This document shows, one piece after another, positions 16,063 through 26,150 of a DNA stretch of 29,378 bases (position 1 is the first letter of the stretch; each line of letters starts with the position of its first letter). A program made the position numbers and the translations under genes. Source of the DNA: Bacteriovoracia bacterium (GTDB lineage: Bacteria > Bdellovibrionota > Bacteriovoracia > Bacteriovoracales > Bacteriovoracaceae); assembly GCA_046570105.1 (NCBI GenBank), contig JBKHVI010000036.1, positions 1-29,378 on the forward strand, given 5' to 3'. Below the pieces are notes generated by a model. That model searched no databases, had not been told where the DNA came from, and saw nothing but the letters and a program-made list of their open reading frames with translations.

Positions 16063-16698
16063 TTAATTGAAAGTAATCAGAAACCAAGCGCGCAGGGTTT
16101 TGACGCTTTCGAGAATGAGCTTTTTGATATTGCTCCACTGCGACCAATCACTATTAACACCGTCATAGAAAATGAAATCATGGCCAGGGGCCTGATCGCG
16201 GAAAATCATACGCACCCGTAGAATATGATAGTCCGATGTCACGACTAGGACACGTGCCATTTTGCGGCCGTTTACATCCAGATGCTCAAGTGTTTCGCGG
16301 ACATTTCCTAGTGTGTCCATGGCTTCGTAATCCATGTCGACCTGGACGGGAGAGGCGAGGAGGGATTCGACATCCTCATGGCCTGCTATAATCATTTTGA
16401 AAGTATTGGCGCCATGAACTCCAGAGATAAAGAGTTTGGCCTCGGGCCATTTCGCGACATGCTCGAGAGCACGACGGATACGACCTCTATCACCGGTAAA
16501 AACTACGATTGCATCAGGTGCTTTTTGATAAAGCCCTTCCAGAAGGCGAGTCCCTTCCGAACGTGCTGTCATAACTGTAGTGACGAGAAATGTAGCATAA
16601 AGAACAAGCACGCCCACAAGCAAAACTGCGGCATTGAGGGCAAGCCTCAATGCACGTGTTTTTTTACTTTCGAAAACATACTTGCGAGAAAAAATCAT
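16063..16698 (-). CDS. YdcF/DUF218 (ElyC/SanA-like) family protein
   Basis: N-terminal TM helix, DAIVVFTG, LFISGV, AMDTLGN, VVTSDYHILR. Confidence 0.85.
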   Translation of the reverse strand: MIFSRKYVFESKKTRALRLALNAAVLLVGVLVLYATFLVTTVMTARSEGTRLLEGLYQKAPDAIVVFTGDRGRIRRALEHVAKWPEAKLFISGVHGANTFKMIIAGHEDVESLLASPVQVDMDYEAMDTLGNVRETLEHLDVNGRKMARVLVVTSDYHILRVRMIFRDQAPGHDFIFYDGVNSDWSQWSNIKKLILESVKTLRAWFLITFN

Positions 16699-16700
16699 GA

Positions 16701-17078
16701 CTAACCTTGTGCGGCGATTACCTCAATCTCAACCAAGGCGCCTTTTGGGAGCGCTGGAACCTGAACCGTACTGCGAGATGGATAAGGTGCTGTGAAAAAC
16801 TTCGTGTAAGCTTCATTTACTTTGGCAAACAACCCCAGATCCGTCATGAAGATGGTTGTCTTGAGAATATGGTCACGTGATAGGCCTGCTCCTTCGAGGA
16901 GTCCGTCGATATTGCTGAGAACTTGTTCAAGTTGAGCATCGAAGCCTTCGCGCATATTGCCGTTCAAATCAAGACCGATTTGTCCTGAGAAATACCAAAC
17001 ACCTTTGTGACAAACACCTTGAGAGTATGTGCCAACGGCTGCTGGAGCTTTAGGGGTACTGAGGATTTCGCGTTTCAT
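16701..17078 (-). CDS. ridA: RidA family enamine/imine deaminase (YjgF/YER057c/UK114)
   Basis: APAAVGTYSQ, SGQIGL, KTTIFM, VNEAY, PSRSTVQV (catalytic Arg), LPKGALVEIEVIA. Confidence 0.92.
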   Translation of the reverse strand: MKREILSTPKAPAAVGTYSQGVCHKGVWYFSGQIGLDLNGNMREGFDAQLEQVLSNIDGLLEGAGLSRDHILKTTIFMTDLGLFAKVNEAYTKFFTAPYPSRSTVQVPALPKGALVEIEVIAAQG

Positions 17079-17088
17079 GATGTCTCCT

Positions 17089-19401
17089 TTAGTGTTTGGC
17101 GTTCTTGGTTGCTTTGATCTCTTCAGAGATCATGGCAGTGAGGTGGGCCATATTAACGATCTCTTCTGTTGTCGCTGTTCTTTGAACGATGTTGATAGCA
17201 TGTTCGAGCGGTAACAAGATTGGACCAACTGGAACGGCTCCGGCCAATTGAACCAAGAGCTTGTAACTGATGTTCGCTGAATTTAAGTCAGGGAATACCA
17301 AAACATCAGCGGTGCGATCAAGCGCACAGAAATCGAAAAGGCCTTTCATAATATCAACGTTGGTTGCCACGTCAGCTTGCATTTCACCGTCGGCAATCAA
17401 GTTTGGATCACGTTGACGAGCAATTTGCACAGCACGGGCCACCATCGATGGTGAGTCACTGCGGTTCGATCCAAAGTTTGAGTAGCTCAAGAAGGCCACA
17501 CGTGGCTCTTTCTTCATGACTCGGCGATAGAGTTCAGCTGTGTTAACGGCATTGTCTGCCAACTCTTCGCTGGTTGGATTTTCTTGAGCAGTACAATCCG
17601 TTAAGAAAATAACCTTTTGCTTGAGAATCAAAATCATTACGCCTGAAACTTTACTGCGCATCGGTTTGGTTGAGCCCACCACTTTCATGATCGGACGCAT
17701 ACATTCTGGATAGTTTTGAGTCGCTCCAGTCACCATGCCATCAGCGAGGCCTTGAGTGACCATCATCGAGCCAAAGTAGTTACCACGCTTCATTGACTCT
17801 TTTGCAGTAGCAAGAGAGACGCCTTTTCTTTGGCGAGCCGAGAAGTATGAATCAACGAAACCTTCATAATGATCAGTATCTTCAGGATGAAGAATCGTTA
17901 CTTCTTTTAAGTGAGGAAGGTTAAGCGCTTCCATCTTTTTATGAATTGATTTCTTCGATCCTAAAAGAATCGGATCGATGCGTCCTTCATCAACGAGAGT
18001 AGCTACAGCTTTTAATACGCGTGGCTCTGAACCTTCGGCAAAAACAATCGTCGGTTTTTTGCTGCCGGGAAGACTTGAGCGAATATGGCGCATGAATGTG
18101 CCACCTTGGCCCAAACGTTCACGCAAACTTTGCGTATAAGCATGCAGATCAGGAATTTGAATACGGGCCACACCTGAATCCATCGCTGCTTTCGCTACCG
18201 CTGGTGATACGCGCGTAAGAACGCGCTTATCAAATGGTTTTGGAATCAAGTACTGACGACCGAATGAGAAATTCTGATCGCCGTAGGCGCGTTTCACATC
18301 GTCAGGAACTTCTTCTTTAGCAAGTTCCGCTAGTGCTTTCGCTGCGGCGACTTTCATTGCTTCGTTGATCTTGCGAGCGCGTACATCTAGGGCGCCACGG
18401 AAAATGAAAGGGAAGCCCAAAACGTTATTCACTTGGTTAGGATAGTCCGAGCGACCAGTTGCCATGATGGCATCATCGCGAACGGCGGCGACTTCTTCCG
18501 GTGTAATTTCTGGCTCAGGATTGGCCATGGCAAAAATGATGGGGTCTTTGGCCATGGTTTTCACCATGTCTTTTGTGACCAGGCCTTTGGCCGAGCAACC
18601 CAAGAACGCGTCAGCATTATTGAGTGCATCACCAATCGTGCGGGCCTTAGTATCATTAGCGAACATGTCTTTGTACTTGTTCATTCCTTCCGTGCGACCT
18701 TTCCAGATCACACCTTTTGAATCAACCATGATGAGATTTTCTTTCTTCACACCAAGATCAAGTAGGAAGAGGGCGCATGCAATTGAGGCAGCTCCTGCGC
18801 CACTCACAACAACCTTCGTGGTTTTGATATCACGCTTAGTGATTTCAATGGCGTTCAAGAAAGCCGCACCGGCGATAATGGCCGTACCGTGCTGATCATC
18901 GTGGAACACGGGAATATCCATGATCTCGATAAGCTGTTTTTCAATTTCAAAGCATTCAGGAGCTTTAATATCTTCGAGGTTCACGCCACCGAAAGTGGGC
19001 TCAAGTGCTTTGACTGTGCGAACGACTTCATCAACTGTGTCGGCGTTGATTTCGATATCAAATACATCGATGTCGGCGAAGCGCTTAAAGAGTACGCCTT
19101 TACCTTCCATCACTGGTTTACCAGCGAGAGCGCCGATATTTCCAAGACCTAAAACCGCCGTTCCGTTTGAGACAACAGCGACTAAGTTTCCTTTTGCCGT
19201 GTACTTGTAAACGTCTTCTGGATTTTTGGCGATTTCAAGACAAGGGCCTGCGACTCCTGGAGAGTAAGCGAGCGAGAGATCGCGCGCAGTAAGGCAGGGC
19301 TTGGTAGAAGTGATTTCAATTTTACCGGGGCGACCTTGTGAATGATAATCCAGGGCCTGACGGTACTTCTCTTCGTGCGTTGCATCTTTGTTCGTACTCA
19401 C
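17089..19401 (-). CDS. maeB: NADP-dependent malic enzyme fused to a phosphotransacetylase-like domain
   Basis: [55 protein letters not shown], then PTA-like IVFAEG...DGEMQAD...[16 protein letters not shown] start with AAAGGA SD. Confidence 0.97.
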   Translation of the reverse strand: MSTNKDATHEEKYRQALDYHSQGRPGKIEITSTKPCLTARDLSLAYSPGVAGPCLEIAKNPEDVYKYTAKGNLVAVVSNGTAVLGLGNIGALAGKPVMEGKGVLFKRFADIDVFDIEINADTVDEVVRTVKALEPTFGGVNLEDIKAPECFEIEKQLIEIMDIPVFHDDQHGTAIIAGAAFLNAIEITKRDIKTTKVVVSGAGAASIACALFLLDLGVKKENLIMVDSKGVIWKGRTEGMNKYKDMFANDTKARTIGDALNNADAFLGCSAKGLVTKDMVKTMAKDPIIFAMANPEPEITPEEVAAVRDDAIMATGRSDYPNQVNNVLGFPFIFRGALDVRARKINEAMKVAAAKALAELAKEEVPDDVKRAYGDQNFSFGRQYLIPKPFDKRVLTRVSPAVAKAAMDSGVARIQIPDLHAYTQSLRERLGQGGTFMRHIRSSLPGSKKPTIVFAEGSEPRVLKAVATLVDEGRIDPILLGSKKSIHKKMEALNLPHLKEVTILHPEDTDHYEGFVDSYFSARQRKGVSLATAKESMKRGNYFGSMMVTQGLADGMVTGATQNYPECMRPIMKVVGSTKPMRSKVSGVMILILKQKVIFLTDCTAQENPTSEELADNAVNTAELYRRVMKKEPRVAFLSYSNFGSNRSDSPSMVARAVQIARQRDPNLIADGEMQADVATNVDIMKGLFDFCALDRTADVLVFPDLNSANISYKLLVQLAGAVPVGPILLPLEHAINIVQRTATTEEIVNMAHLTAMISEEIKATKNAKH

Positions 19402-19450
19402 GCGAACACATCCTTTGCTAGAAAAATTGGGTGAGAGGACGATAACAGGT

Positions 19451-20845
19451 TTACTTGTGGGCGACTACTGATGCGCGGCGCGCGAGGGCCCAGACAAGCC
19501 CTAAAATTGCACCTCCTAGCCCTGCGTAGAATTCGTCTAGGCCGGTCGGCCAATATTGATTCACCAAGGCAAAGATACTCATGGCAAAAATGCCCAGTCC
19601 AACCGACTGTAAGAAACCGACCTCACTAAGGGTTTTTGGTCGCCACAATCCCCACAAGAGCGCAGGAAGGAGTGTTGCCGAAATCATGCCGCCTAATAAT
19701 TTCCAAACCGCCACAATACTTCCGCCAAAAATCGGAGCTATCAACCAAGCGGCCAGACCACAAATAATCATGCCGAACTTGAGCCAGGCCTTGGTCGTTT
19801 TTTTGAGAAGATCGTTGGTGAGAGCCGCACCGGCAGTGAAAAGATAAGAATCAAGAGTTGAGAGGATGGTCGCCAAAATTCCTGCTAAAAATAATCCTCG
19901 CATTCCCGGTGGAAGCACGAGCATCCCTAGTTGTAAGTAAGATTGTTCCGGAAGTGCTGCGGGTAAAACGGCACGGGCATAGAGTCCGCCCAGAGTGGTG
20001 GCGATATCGAATATCACCCACACGCCAGTCGCAATGATGAGTCCACGGCGTGCGGTTTTTAAATCTTTGGCAGCTTGCACGCGTTGATGAAAGTTTGGAT
20101 CGACCAGTGTCCCCATAGCGATCGCTCCCCAAATGAAGAGCGCTGCCCAGTCGTTGCCACCTGAGGGATCCCAATGAGAGGCCGGGAGTTTGGCCTGTAA
20201 AAATTCGATACCACCATAGGTTTGCCAGCAGAAAAAAACGAGAACCCAAACAGCGATCACCATCACGATACATTGAACGAAATCAGGATAAACAACCGAG
20301 CGCAGTCCACCCCAAAGTCCGTAGGCATACATGGCGAGAAGACCCAAGAACGCAGCTTCCCACCAAGGAATACCTAGTAAAGGGCCCAAGAAATGTCCGA
20401 GACCTGCGACATAACCAATAGGCAAAAGATTAGCGAGCGCCAAAACGGCGGTTAGTTGGCGAGCTTTGTGGCCAAAAAGTTTGCCCGCTAAATCTGCTAA
20501 TCCTGTTGAATCGTGCTGACGTACTCGCGCGACCAGAAAAAAAGCAAAAATAAAATAAGTGGCGTACCAAAAGGCCCCTTGAGTCACAAAGTTAAATACA
20601 CCACGCTCGAAGGTTAAAGCTGTCACTCCGAAGATTCCGCCATACCAGGTGGCGACTAAAGAGGTGACAAACAAGGGAAGGGTAAGCCGGCGACCCATCA
20701 AGAGAAGTTCGAGTGGTGAATTTTGATCGGCCTGGGATTTTTTGGCGGCCATGTGACCCCAAAGGACTGCCAAGAGAGTTAACGCCAAAACAAGAACGAA
20801 AATCGTCCAATCAAGCGGGGTTAGAATCTCATGCAGAGGGTGCAT
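19451..20845 (-). CDS. sodium:solute symporter (SSS) family transporter
   Basis: About 13 TM helices, [63 protein letters not shown] 7 nt upstream of the ATG. Confidence 0.92.
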   Translation of the reverse strand: MHPLHEILTPLDWTIFVLVLALTLLAVLWGHMAAKKSQADQNSPLELLLMGRRLTLPLFVTSLVATWYGGIFGVTALTFERGVFNFVTQGAFWYATYFIFAFFLVARVRQHDSTGLADLAGKLFGHKARQLTAVLALANLLPIGYVAGLGHFLGPLLGIPWWEAAFLGLLAMYAYGLWGGLRSVVYPDFVQCIVMVIAVWVLVFFCWQTYGGIEFLQAKLPASHWDPSGGNDWAALFIWGAIAMGTLVDPNFHQRVQAAKDLKTARRGLIIATGVWVIFDIATTLGGLYARAVLPAALPEQSYLQLGMLVLPPGMRGLFLAGILATILSTLDSYLFTAGAALTNDLLKKTTKAWLKFGMIICGLAAWLIAPIFGGSIVAVWKLLGGMISATLLPALLWGLWRPKTLSEVGFLQSVGLGIFAMSIFALVNQYWPTGLDEFYAGLGGAILGLVWALARRASVVAHK

Positions 20846-20852
20846 GCTGCTC

Positions 20853-20903
20853 AGTATAGAATTGTGAAGAGCGTTTGTCTCTTGAAGTCAGAAAGGTTAT
20901 TCT
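20853..20903. promoter_or_regulatory. divergent sigma-70 promoters with overlapping -35 elements
   Basis: Plus strand TTGTCT (20875-20880), 17 nt, TATTCT (20898-20903). Minus strand GAGACA (20881-20876), 17 nt, TATACT (20858-20853). Confidence 0.55.
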
Positions 20904-20918
20904 GTGATGGTGAAACTA

Positions 20919-21686
20919 ATGAGAATTTTCTTACTTTTATTCCTGGTGAGCTGCCAAGCGGTTGAGACGATCAAGCAGCGCGCCCTCGAGATAGCGGGAC
21001 TTGCACCTGAGCCTGTTGTCGTTGAAGAAACTTTCACTCCAGAGCCTCCGCCCAGCATGGAGAAAGATGCTGTCGTGCAAGTGACTCCTAAAGAAAAAAT
21101 TTTGGCCCTCTTCGAACAGTTTAATCGCGAGCCAGATGATTATGTACTTGGTCTCATTATTACTGAATTGACGCAGAATAAAGCACTTTTTAAATCTGAG
21201 CGTGATCCTTCGTTGGCCAATGTCCTCAATCGACTCGTCCCTTGGGTGCAACAAGGTCAAAGTCAAACCATGGGACTATTGGTTCAAATGATGCCTTTGA
21301 TGCTGGGTGAGAATAGAGAGTTGGTTAAAATTATTCTTTCTCGTGCTTTTGACAGTGCTCCACTTCTGTTGATCGATATGCTGACGAGACGCTCGGAAGA
21401 CAAGCTCTGTTATATGGCTAGCATGACTCCACCTGAAGTGAGTATGGATAACAAGAGAAATTATCTCGAGTCTCGCCGTGAACAATTGACGGCTTTAAAA
21501 GAGACGACAGGTTTGACCGCCACACATTTAAATTATCTCGAAGTGTGTCTACGTACTCTTGATGTAACCCTTGCTCCGAAAGATGCTCCACCGCCGATAC
21601 CGACACCCACAACAGGGCCTGCAGCAGTAACGATTGAGCCAGCTGCTACTGCACCAGTTGATACAGCAACTCCCGTGACACCATGA
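20919..21686 (+). CDS. lipoprotein, helical core with Pro/Thr/Ala-rich tail, unknown function
   Basis: MRIFLLLFLVSC lipobox-like signal. Start could be 20904-20919. Stop overlaps the ABC-F start (ATGA). Confidence 0.72.
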   Translation: MRIFLLLFLVSCQAVETIKQRALEIAGLAPEPVVVEETFTPEPPPSMEKDAVVQVTPKEKILALFEQFNREPDDYVLGLIITELTQNKALFKSERDPSLANVLNRLVPWVQQGQSQTMGLLVQMMPLMLGENRELVKIILSRAFDSAPLLLIDMLTRRSEDKLCYMASMTPPEVSMDNKRNYLESRREQLTALKETTGLTATHLNYLEVCLRTLDVTLAPKDAPPPIPTPTTGPAAVTIEPAATAPVDTATPVTP

Positions 21687-23503
21687 TTCAAGTCACAGGC
21701 CTTGCCAAATCCTATGGCACTCAACAATTGTTTACTGATCTTAACTTTACCCTTGGTAGAGGAGAGCGCATTGGGCTTGTAGGAAGAAATGGCGCCGGTA
21801 AATCTACGCTCTTAAAAGTATTACTAGGTGAAGAGTTGTCAGATGGGGGCGATATTACTGTCCCTTCGCGCTACCGAGTGGCGACACTTAAACAGCATCT
21901 AAGTTTTTCAGAACCAACTGTTTTGGAAGAGGCCTGTTTGGCGCTTCCTGAAGAGCAAAAATTTGATAATTACCGTGCCGAAAAGATTCTGATGGGATTG
22001 GGGTTTACTGAAAAAGATTTTACCCGCCCACCAGGTGAGTTTTCTGGTGGTATGCAGATCCGTTTGAATCTCACTAAGGTGCTCTTACAAGATCCTGATT
22101 GCCTTTTCTTAGATGAGCCCACCAACTATTTAGATATCGTGGGGATGCGTTGGCTCAGTGGATTTTTGCGCAACTTTCGTGGTGAATTGATTCTTATTAC
22201 CCACGATCGCGGTTTTATGGATTCAGTCACCACTCACACCATGGGACTGTGGCGCCAAAAACTCGTGAAGGTTCCGGGTGGCACTGATAAGTTTTATCAA
22301 AAACTTGCTGACGAAGAAGATGTCTACGAGAAGACTCGTGCTAATCAAGAAAAGAAGCGTAAAGAATTAGAAGATTTCGTTGATCGTTTTAAAGCGAAAG
22401 CAAGTAAAGCAGCCCAAGCTCAGTCACGCGTGAAGATGCTTGAGAAGATGCCTGAATTGTCGGAACTCGCGCGTGTTGAAACACTAGATTTTAGTTTTAA
22501 TCATCAAGAGTGTCCGGGCAAAGTCATCTTAGAAGTAAATGACTTAAGCTTTGGTTGGGAAGAAGGTAAGCCCCTTTTCCGTGATCTCTCCTTTGCTATA
22601 CAGCGGGGTGATAAAGTTGCAGTCATCGGAAAAAACGGGAAAGGTAAATCAACTCTCTTAAACGTGTTGGCGGGAGAGTTAACTCCTTGGACAGGAACCA
22701 GAAGAAGCCATCCTTCTTTGTTGCTTGGTCACTTTGGACAAACCAATATCCAGCGCCTGCATCTTAATCACACCATTGAAGAAGAGATTATGGCGGCTAA
22801 TCCTGATCTGCCGCTCCAGCGCGTACGCAGTATCTGTGGTGTCATGATGTTTCAAGGGGATCTCGCCAAAAAGAAAATCTCAGTCCTTTCAGGTGGAGAG
22901 CGCTCGCGTGTGCTTTTAGGAAAAATTCTGGCACGTCCCACTAATCTTCTTCTGTTGGATGAGCCTTCCAACCACCTAGATCAAGAGTCTGTGCAAGCGC
23001 TCTTAGAAGAATTAAAAGTTTATCCTGGGGCCGTTATCGTGGTTACTCACTCAGAGGCTTTTGTGCGCGAACTAGCTCAACGTCTCATTGTCTTTAATGA
23101 TGATCGTGCTGAATGGGTGTTGGGAAGTTACGAAGACTTCTTAAAGCGTGGTGGTTGGGGCGATGAAGATGCTCCTCGCCCAGTGCAGGTCATTAAGCGC
23201 GACAGGAATGAGATCAAACGGTTGCGAATTGAAATTATTCAAGAGCGCTCGCGCACACTTTCTCCCTTGAAGAAAAAAATTGAATTGCTTGAACAGACGA
23301 TTGATAAGTCTGAAAAGCGTGCCAATGAGATCGAGAATCATTTGATTGAAGGCAAAGGTGATGTGGCTTTGCAGTCAAAAGAGCTGGGAGTCTTACGGAA
23401 AAACATTGATCAAGACTTTGAGACATTAACGGAAGAAACACTCAAACACGACGAATTGTTTGCTCAATTTGAGAAGCGTCTTCTTGATCTTGGAGAAGGT
23501 TGA
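21683..23503 (+). CDS. ABC-F family ATPase (ribosome-associated, YheS/Uup-like)
   Basis: Two ABC domains (GRNGAGKST, FSGG, LDEPTNYLD; GKNGKGKST, LSGGE, LDEPSNHLD), linker RFKAKASKAAQAQSRVK, C-terminal coiled coil, no TM segments. Confidence 0.95.
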   Translation: MIQVTGLAKSYGTQQLFTDLNFTLGRGERIGLVGRNGAGKSTLLKVLLGEELSDGGDITVPSRYRVATLKQHLSFSEPTVLEEACLALPEEQKFDNYRAEKILMGLGFTEKDFTRPPGEFSGGMQIRLNLTKVLLQDPDCLFLDEPTNYLDIVGMRWLSGFLRNFRGELILITHDRGFMDSVTTHTMGLWRQKLVKVPGGTDKFYQKLADEEDVYEKTRANQEKKRKELEDFVDRFKAKASKAAQAQSRVKMLEKMPELSELARVETLDFSFNHQECPGKVILEVNDLSFGWEEGKPLFRDLSFAIQRGDKVAVIGKNGKGKSTLLNVLAGELTPWTGTRRSHPSLLLGHFGQTNIQRLHLNHTIEEEIMAANPDLPLQRVRSICGVMMFQGDLAKKKISVLSGGERSRVLLGKILARPTNLLLLDEPSNHLDQESVQALLEELKVYPGAVIVVTHSEAFVRELAQRLIVFNDDRAEWVLGSYEDFLKRGGWGDEDAPRPVQVIKRDRNEIKRLRIEIIQERSRTLSPLKKKIELLEQTIDKSEKRANEIENHLIEGKGDVALQSKELGVLRKNIDQDFETLTEETLKHDELFAQFEKRLLDLGEG

Positions 23504-23967
23504 TAGTTCTTAGTGAAAGTATGCAATTGATTGATCATATCATCTTGCCACAAAATTAATCTGGCCGTTTCTCGAGGAAAGAACTCAGGCTCGACACGAG
23601 ATACTTGAAGTCCTCTCTCAAATAGTACAACTGTTGGGCGAAGTTTAATATTGTAGAGAGCAAGATAGTCCAGGTGTCTGAAGCCAATATCAAAGCCGAC
23701 AATTTTCCAGCCGCGCTTGCTTAGCGCCTGTATTTCAGCATCGAGTTTTCTTTCAAAGGTAAAGCATGCTCTCATAGGAAGTGAATTCCAGAGACAGGCG
23801 CCATCTGAAAAGACCACCATGATTTTCTGAGTCGAACGAATGACGACCTCTTCAAACTCTTGATGAGTAATGAACTTGTAGTTCTTTACCGGGTAGGCCG
23901 GTGATTTTTGATCTTCGGCCCATGCCACTGAGAGCAGCATAGTGAGAAGCAAAACGAAACATTTCAT
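23464..23967 (-). CDS. secreted thioredoxin-fold protein with atypical C-x9-C
   Basis: Signal peptide MKCFVLLLTMLLSVAWA. ITHQEFEEVV...IMVVFS, CLWNSLPMRAC, YNIKLRPTVVLFERG (cis-Pro loop). 3' end overlaps ABC-F by 40 nt. Confidence 0.65.
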   Translation of the reverse strand: MKCFVLLLTMLLSVAWAEDQKSPAYPVKNYKFITHQEFEEVVIRSTQKIMVVFSDGACLWNSLPMRACFTFERKLDAEIQALSKRGWKIVGFDIGFRHLDYLALYNIKLRPTVVLFERGLQVSRVEPEFFPRETARLILWQDDMINQLHTFTKNYQPSPRSRRRFSN

Positions 23968-24018
23968 AGAAGGGCAAGATGACACAAATCAGAATGAAAG
24001 GGGCGACTTCGCGACTAT

Positions 24019-25113
24019 TTACACACCAAAAGGATTGAGCTTATGTCTCAGAAACCACGTCCAAACAGTGCCGGCGACACTGGGTGAATTCGAGAAATCC
24101 ACAACCTGGGCCTTATTAATATATCGTACGCCACCCTTCACGCTCATGGAATTGAGCGTTGTGAGGTAGGAATCTGGGGACGTGTTATCGCAGCTTTGCC
24201 CGTATAGAGAGAGGGCGAGTGCTTTTCCGGCCGTGCCTTCAGACCAGATGAAGTCTTGAGTGCTAGCAGGTGAGCGACTTTCGCTAAAGCCAATATACTT
24301 ACCTTCAGTTGTCGTTAAGCGACAGGAAGCGAGTAGCGATTGTTTAAATTTTTCTTTTTCAGGATGGCCCACAAAGGCCAAGGCACTCCAAGATTGATTA
24401 TCTAAATAGAACTCTTGGCGATTAATTTTTCCAGTTTGAATATTCACTCCAGGCCAGAAGTGACCGTTCTCTTTGTCCCACATTCCTAAGACAAATTTTT
24501 CAACTGCAAATTGTTTTTTCTGCCATCGCTTGGAACCTGTTAATTGATAGGCCAAACGATAAGTGGCATAAACATCAAGCGTATGTTCGAGTGCAACAAT
24601 TTCAGTTTCATTCCAAGCTGTTTTGGAATTATCCACTGATGAGAAAATGAGTCCTTCTCCATCGAGATAAGGAACTTTTCGTAAATGGAGAGAGAGATAA
24701 TTTAGCGCCTTATTCCATACGGGTGCAAAGCGTGGATCAGCGGTTTTTTTCTGATAAGTCAGTATGGCCAATCCTACCCAGGCAATCGCACCATGCGGTC
24801 GCATATCGCCTTCAGTTGGATGAGGACTTGAGCCATCGAGATGATAAGAAAAATACCAGCTGCCGTCTTTGAGTTGCAATTTCTCAAGCGCCAATATGAG
24901 TCGCTTCGCTTCTTTAAATTTCTTGGCCTCAGTAAAAGCGATAATCGCTAACGCCTGATCGTAGATATAGGAGCGTGGAAAATTTTGATAACTCTGAATG
25001 AGACTGGCATGGCTGCCCAAGGGACGCATTTGAGTCGAGAGCCAATCAAGCTCACTGGCCTGGGTCGTGCCCAAAGCGAGACTCAATAGGCCTATTGTGA
25101 TGAGCTTTTTCAC
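24019..25113 (-). CDS. secreted (alpha/alpha)6-toroid protein, six-hairpin glycosidase-like
   Basis: Signal peptide. YIYDQALAIIAF, QLKDGSWYFSY, GAIAWVGLA, ALEHTLD, LDNQSWSALA, IWSEGTA, C-terminal NPF. GTG start with G-rich SD. Confidence 0.6.
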   Translation of the reverse strand: MKKLITIGLLSLALGTTQASELDWLSTQMRPLGSHASLIQSYQNFPRSYIYDQALAIIAFTEAKKFKEAKRLILALEKLQLKDGSWYFSYHLDGSSPHPTEGDMRPHGAIAWVGLAILTYQKKTADPRFAPVWNKALNYLSLHLRKVPYLDGEGLIFSSVDNSKTAWNETEIVALEHTLDVYATYRLAYQLTGSKRWQKKQFAVEKFVLGMWDKENGHFWPGVNIQTGKINRQEFYLDNQSWSALAFVGHPEKEKFKQSLLASCRLTTTEGKYIGFSESRSPASTQDFIWSEGTAGKALALSLYGQSCDNTSPDSYLTTLNSMSVKGGVRYINKAQVVDFSNSPSVAGTVWTWFLRHKLNPFGV

Positions 25114-25196
25114 TCCCCCAAACCCCTCTGCATTCCTGTTTATTCACGACCGTTATCGTCAGGAATAAGAAATAACTTGAGCGTTTAGGTGTGCCT

Positions 25197-26033
25197 CTAT
25201 AGGAGCGCTGAACGGAAAAACGAAGAGTTAGCAGCAAGGCTTTGCATATAGGGGAGGGTGTCGGTCTTTAAATGAGAGGGAAAGTCTCGCCAAGGCAGGA
25301 TGTGCTCCTCGGGTACGTAGCGGAAAGTGAAGTTAATCCGACGAGTGCGAAAGCCTTCGATGGGAGGGCCTAGGAGTTCGCCGCGTTTGTCTTCTACCCG
25401 TTGAACGCGATGAAAGGTTTGCTTCTTCCAGCGATCACCGCCAAAGATTTGCAACGATGAATCCTCTAACCACTGCGAGAGGACTTCGTTTCGTTTCCCT
25501 AAAGTGGATTTACCTTCAACGAACTGAAAGAAAGCGCGATCACCTAAAGAGAGCGAGCCCACCGGGCCTGGCTCAAAATCTTTATGCTCACCCACGCGAG
25601 CATTATCGACCCATTTTCCCTCTGAAAACTCGCTTCCGTAGAAATTGATGAGACACGTATTTAAGCGCCATTTCTCGGGAACAAAATTTTTGGGAAATCT
25701 TTTTTTTGCGATAAATTCAATTCGATCCACGATATCAGCTAAAAGTTTTGGATAGCTTTCCGCACGCACACAACGATGCTGAATCCCCTCAGGCGGATGA
25801 TAATAATCGAGACAGGCAAATTGCCAATTTCCCAACCAGTAAACAGGTCGCAAAAGTCGTCGCTGTTTATCTCCTTCGGGAGGGGGGTTGTGTTCAGAGA
25901 AGCGCATTTCCCAAAGGGGATGAAGCGTCCCGATCCACTTTAAAAGTTCGGCCCTTTGCTCACGCGTGAGAAAAAGTGGCTGATAAATCAGCCCTAAAGG
26001 GAGTTCAGGTGATGCTTTGGGAGTACGGGCCAT
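25197..26033 (-). CDS. AlkB-like Fe(II)/2-oxoglutarate dioxygenase
   Basis: GLIYQPLFLT, NTCLINFY, VGEHKD (HxD), SLSLG, FHRV, RRINFTFR (RxNxTxR). Confidence 0.88.
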   Translation of the reverse strand: MARTPKASPELPLGLIYQPLFLTREQRAELLKWIGTLHPLWEMRFSEHNPPPEGDKQRRLLRPVYWLGNWQFACLDYYHPPEGIQHRCVRAESYPKLLADIVDRIEFIAKKRFPKNFVPEKWRLNTCLINFYGSEFSEGKWVDNARVGEHKDFEPGPVGSLSLGDRAFFQFVEGKSTLGKRNEVLSQWLEDSSLQIFGGDRWKKQTFHRVQRVEDKRGELLGPPIEGFRTRRINFTFRYVPEEHILPWRDFPSHLKTDTLPYMQSLAANSSFFRSALL

Positions 26034-26150
26034 AAGAGGGCTTAGAACTTCGGGGTTTTGCCGTCTAGCTCCTGTGGAAAAAATACCCGATCTTAACTAC
26101 TTAAGCCCCCTCAGCGGTATATTCAGAGTGTTTAAAAATCAGGAGGGGCC

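Noticed and set aside
11838..19385. Numerous 60-160 aa alternative-frame or antisense ORFs inside rel, maeB and other genes
   Set aside because: They lie fully within well-supported conserved genes and show no motifs or start signals.
17089..19401. Malic enzyme-PTA fusion as a novelty
   Set aside because: This is the well-known MaeB architecture.
21683..23503. ABC-F as an antibiotic-resistance (ARE) gene
   Set aside because: Features fit general housekeeping ABC-F proteins. I saw no leader peptide, attenuator or mobile context, and subfamily assignment would need a phylogeny.
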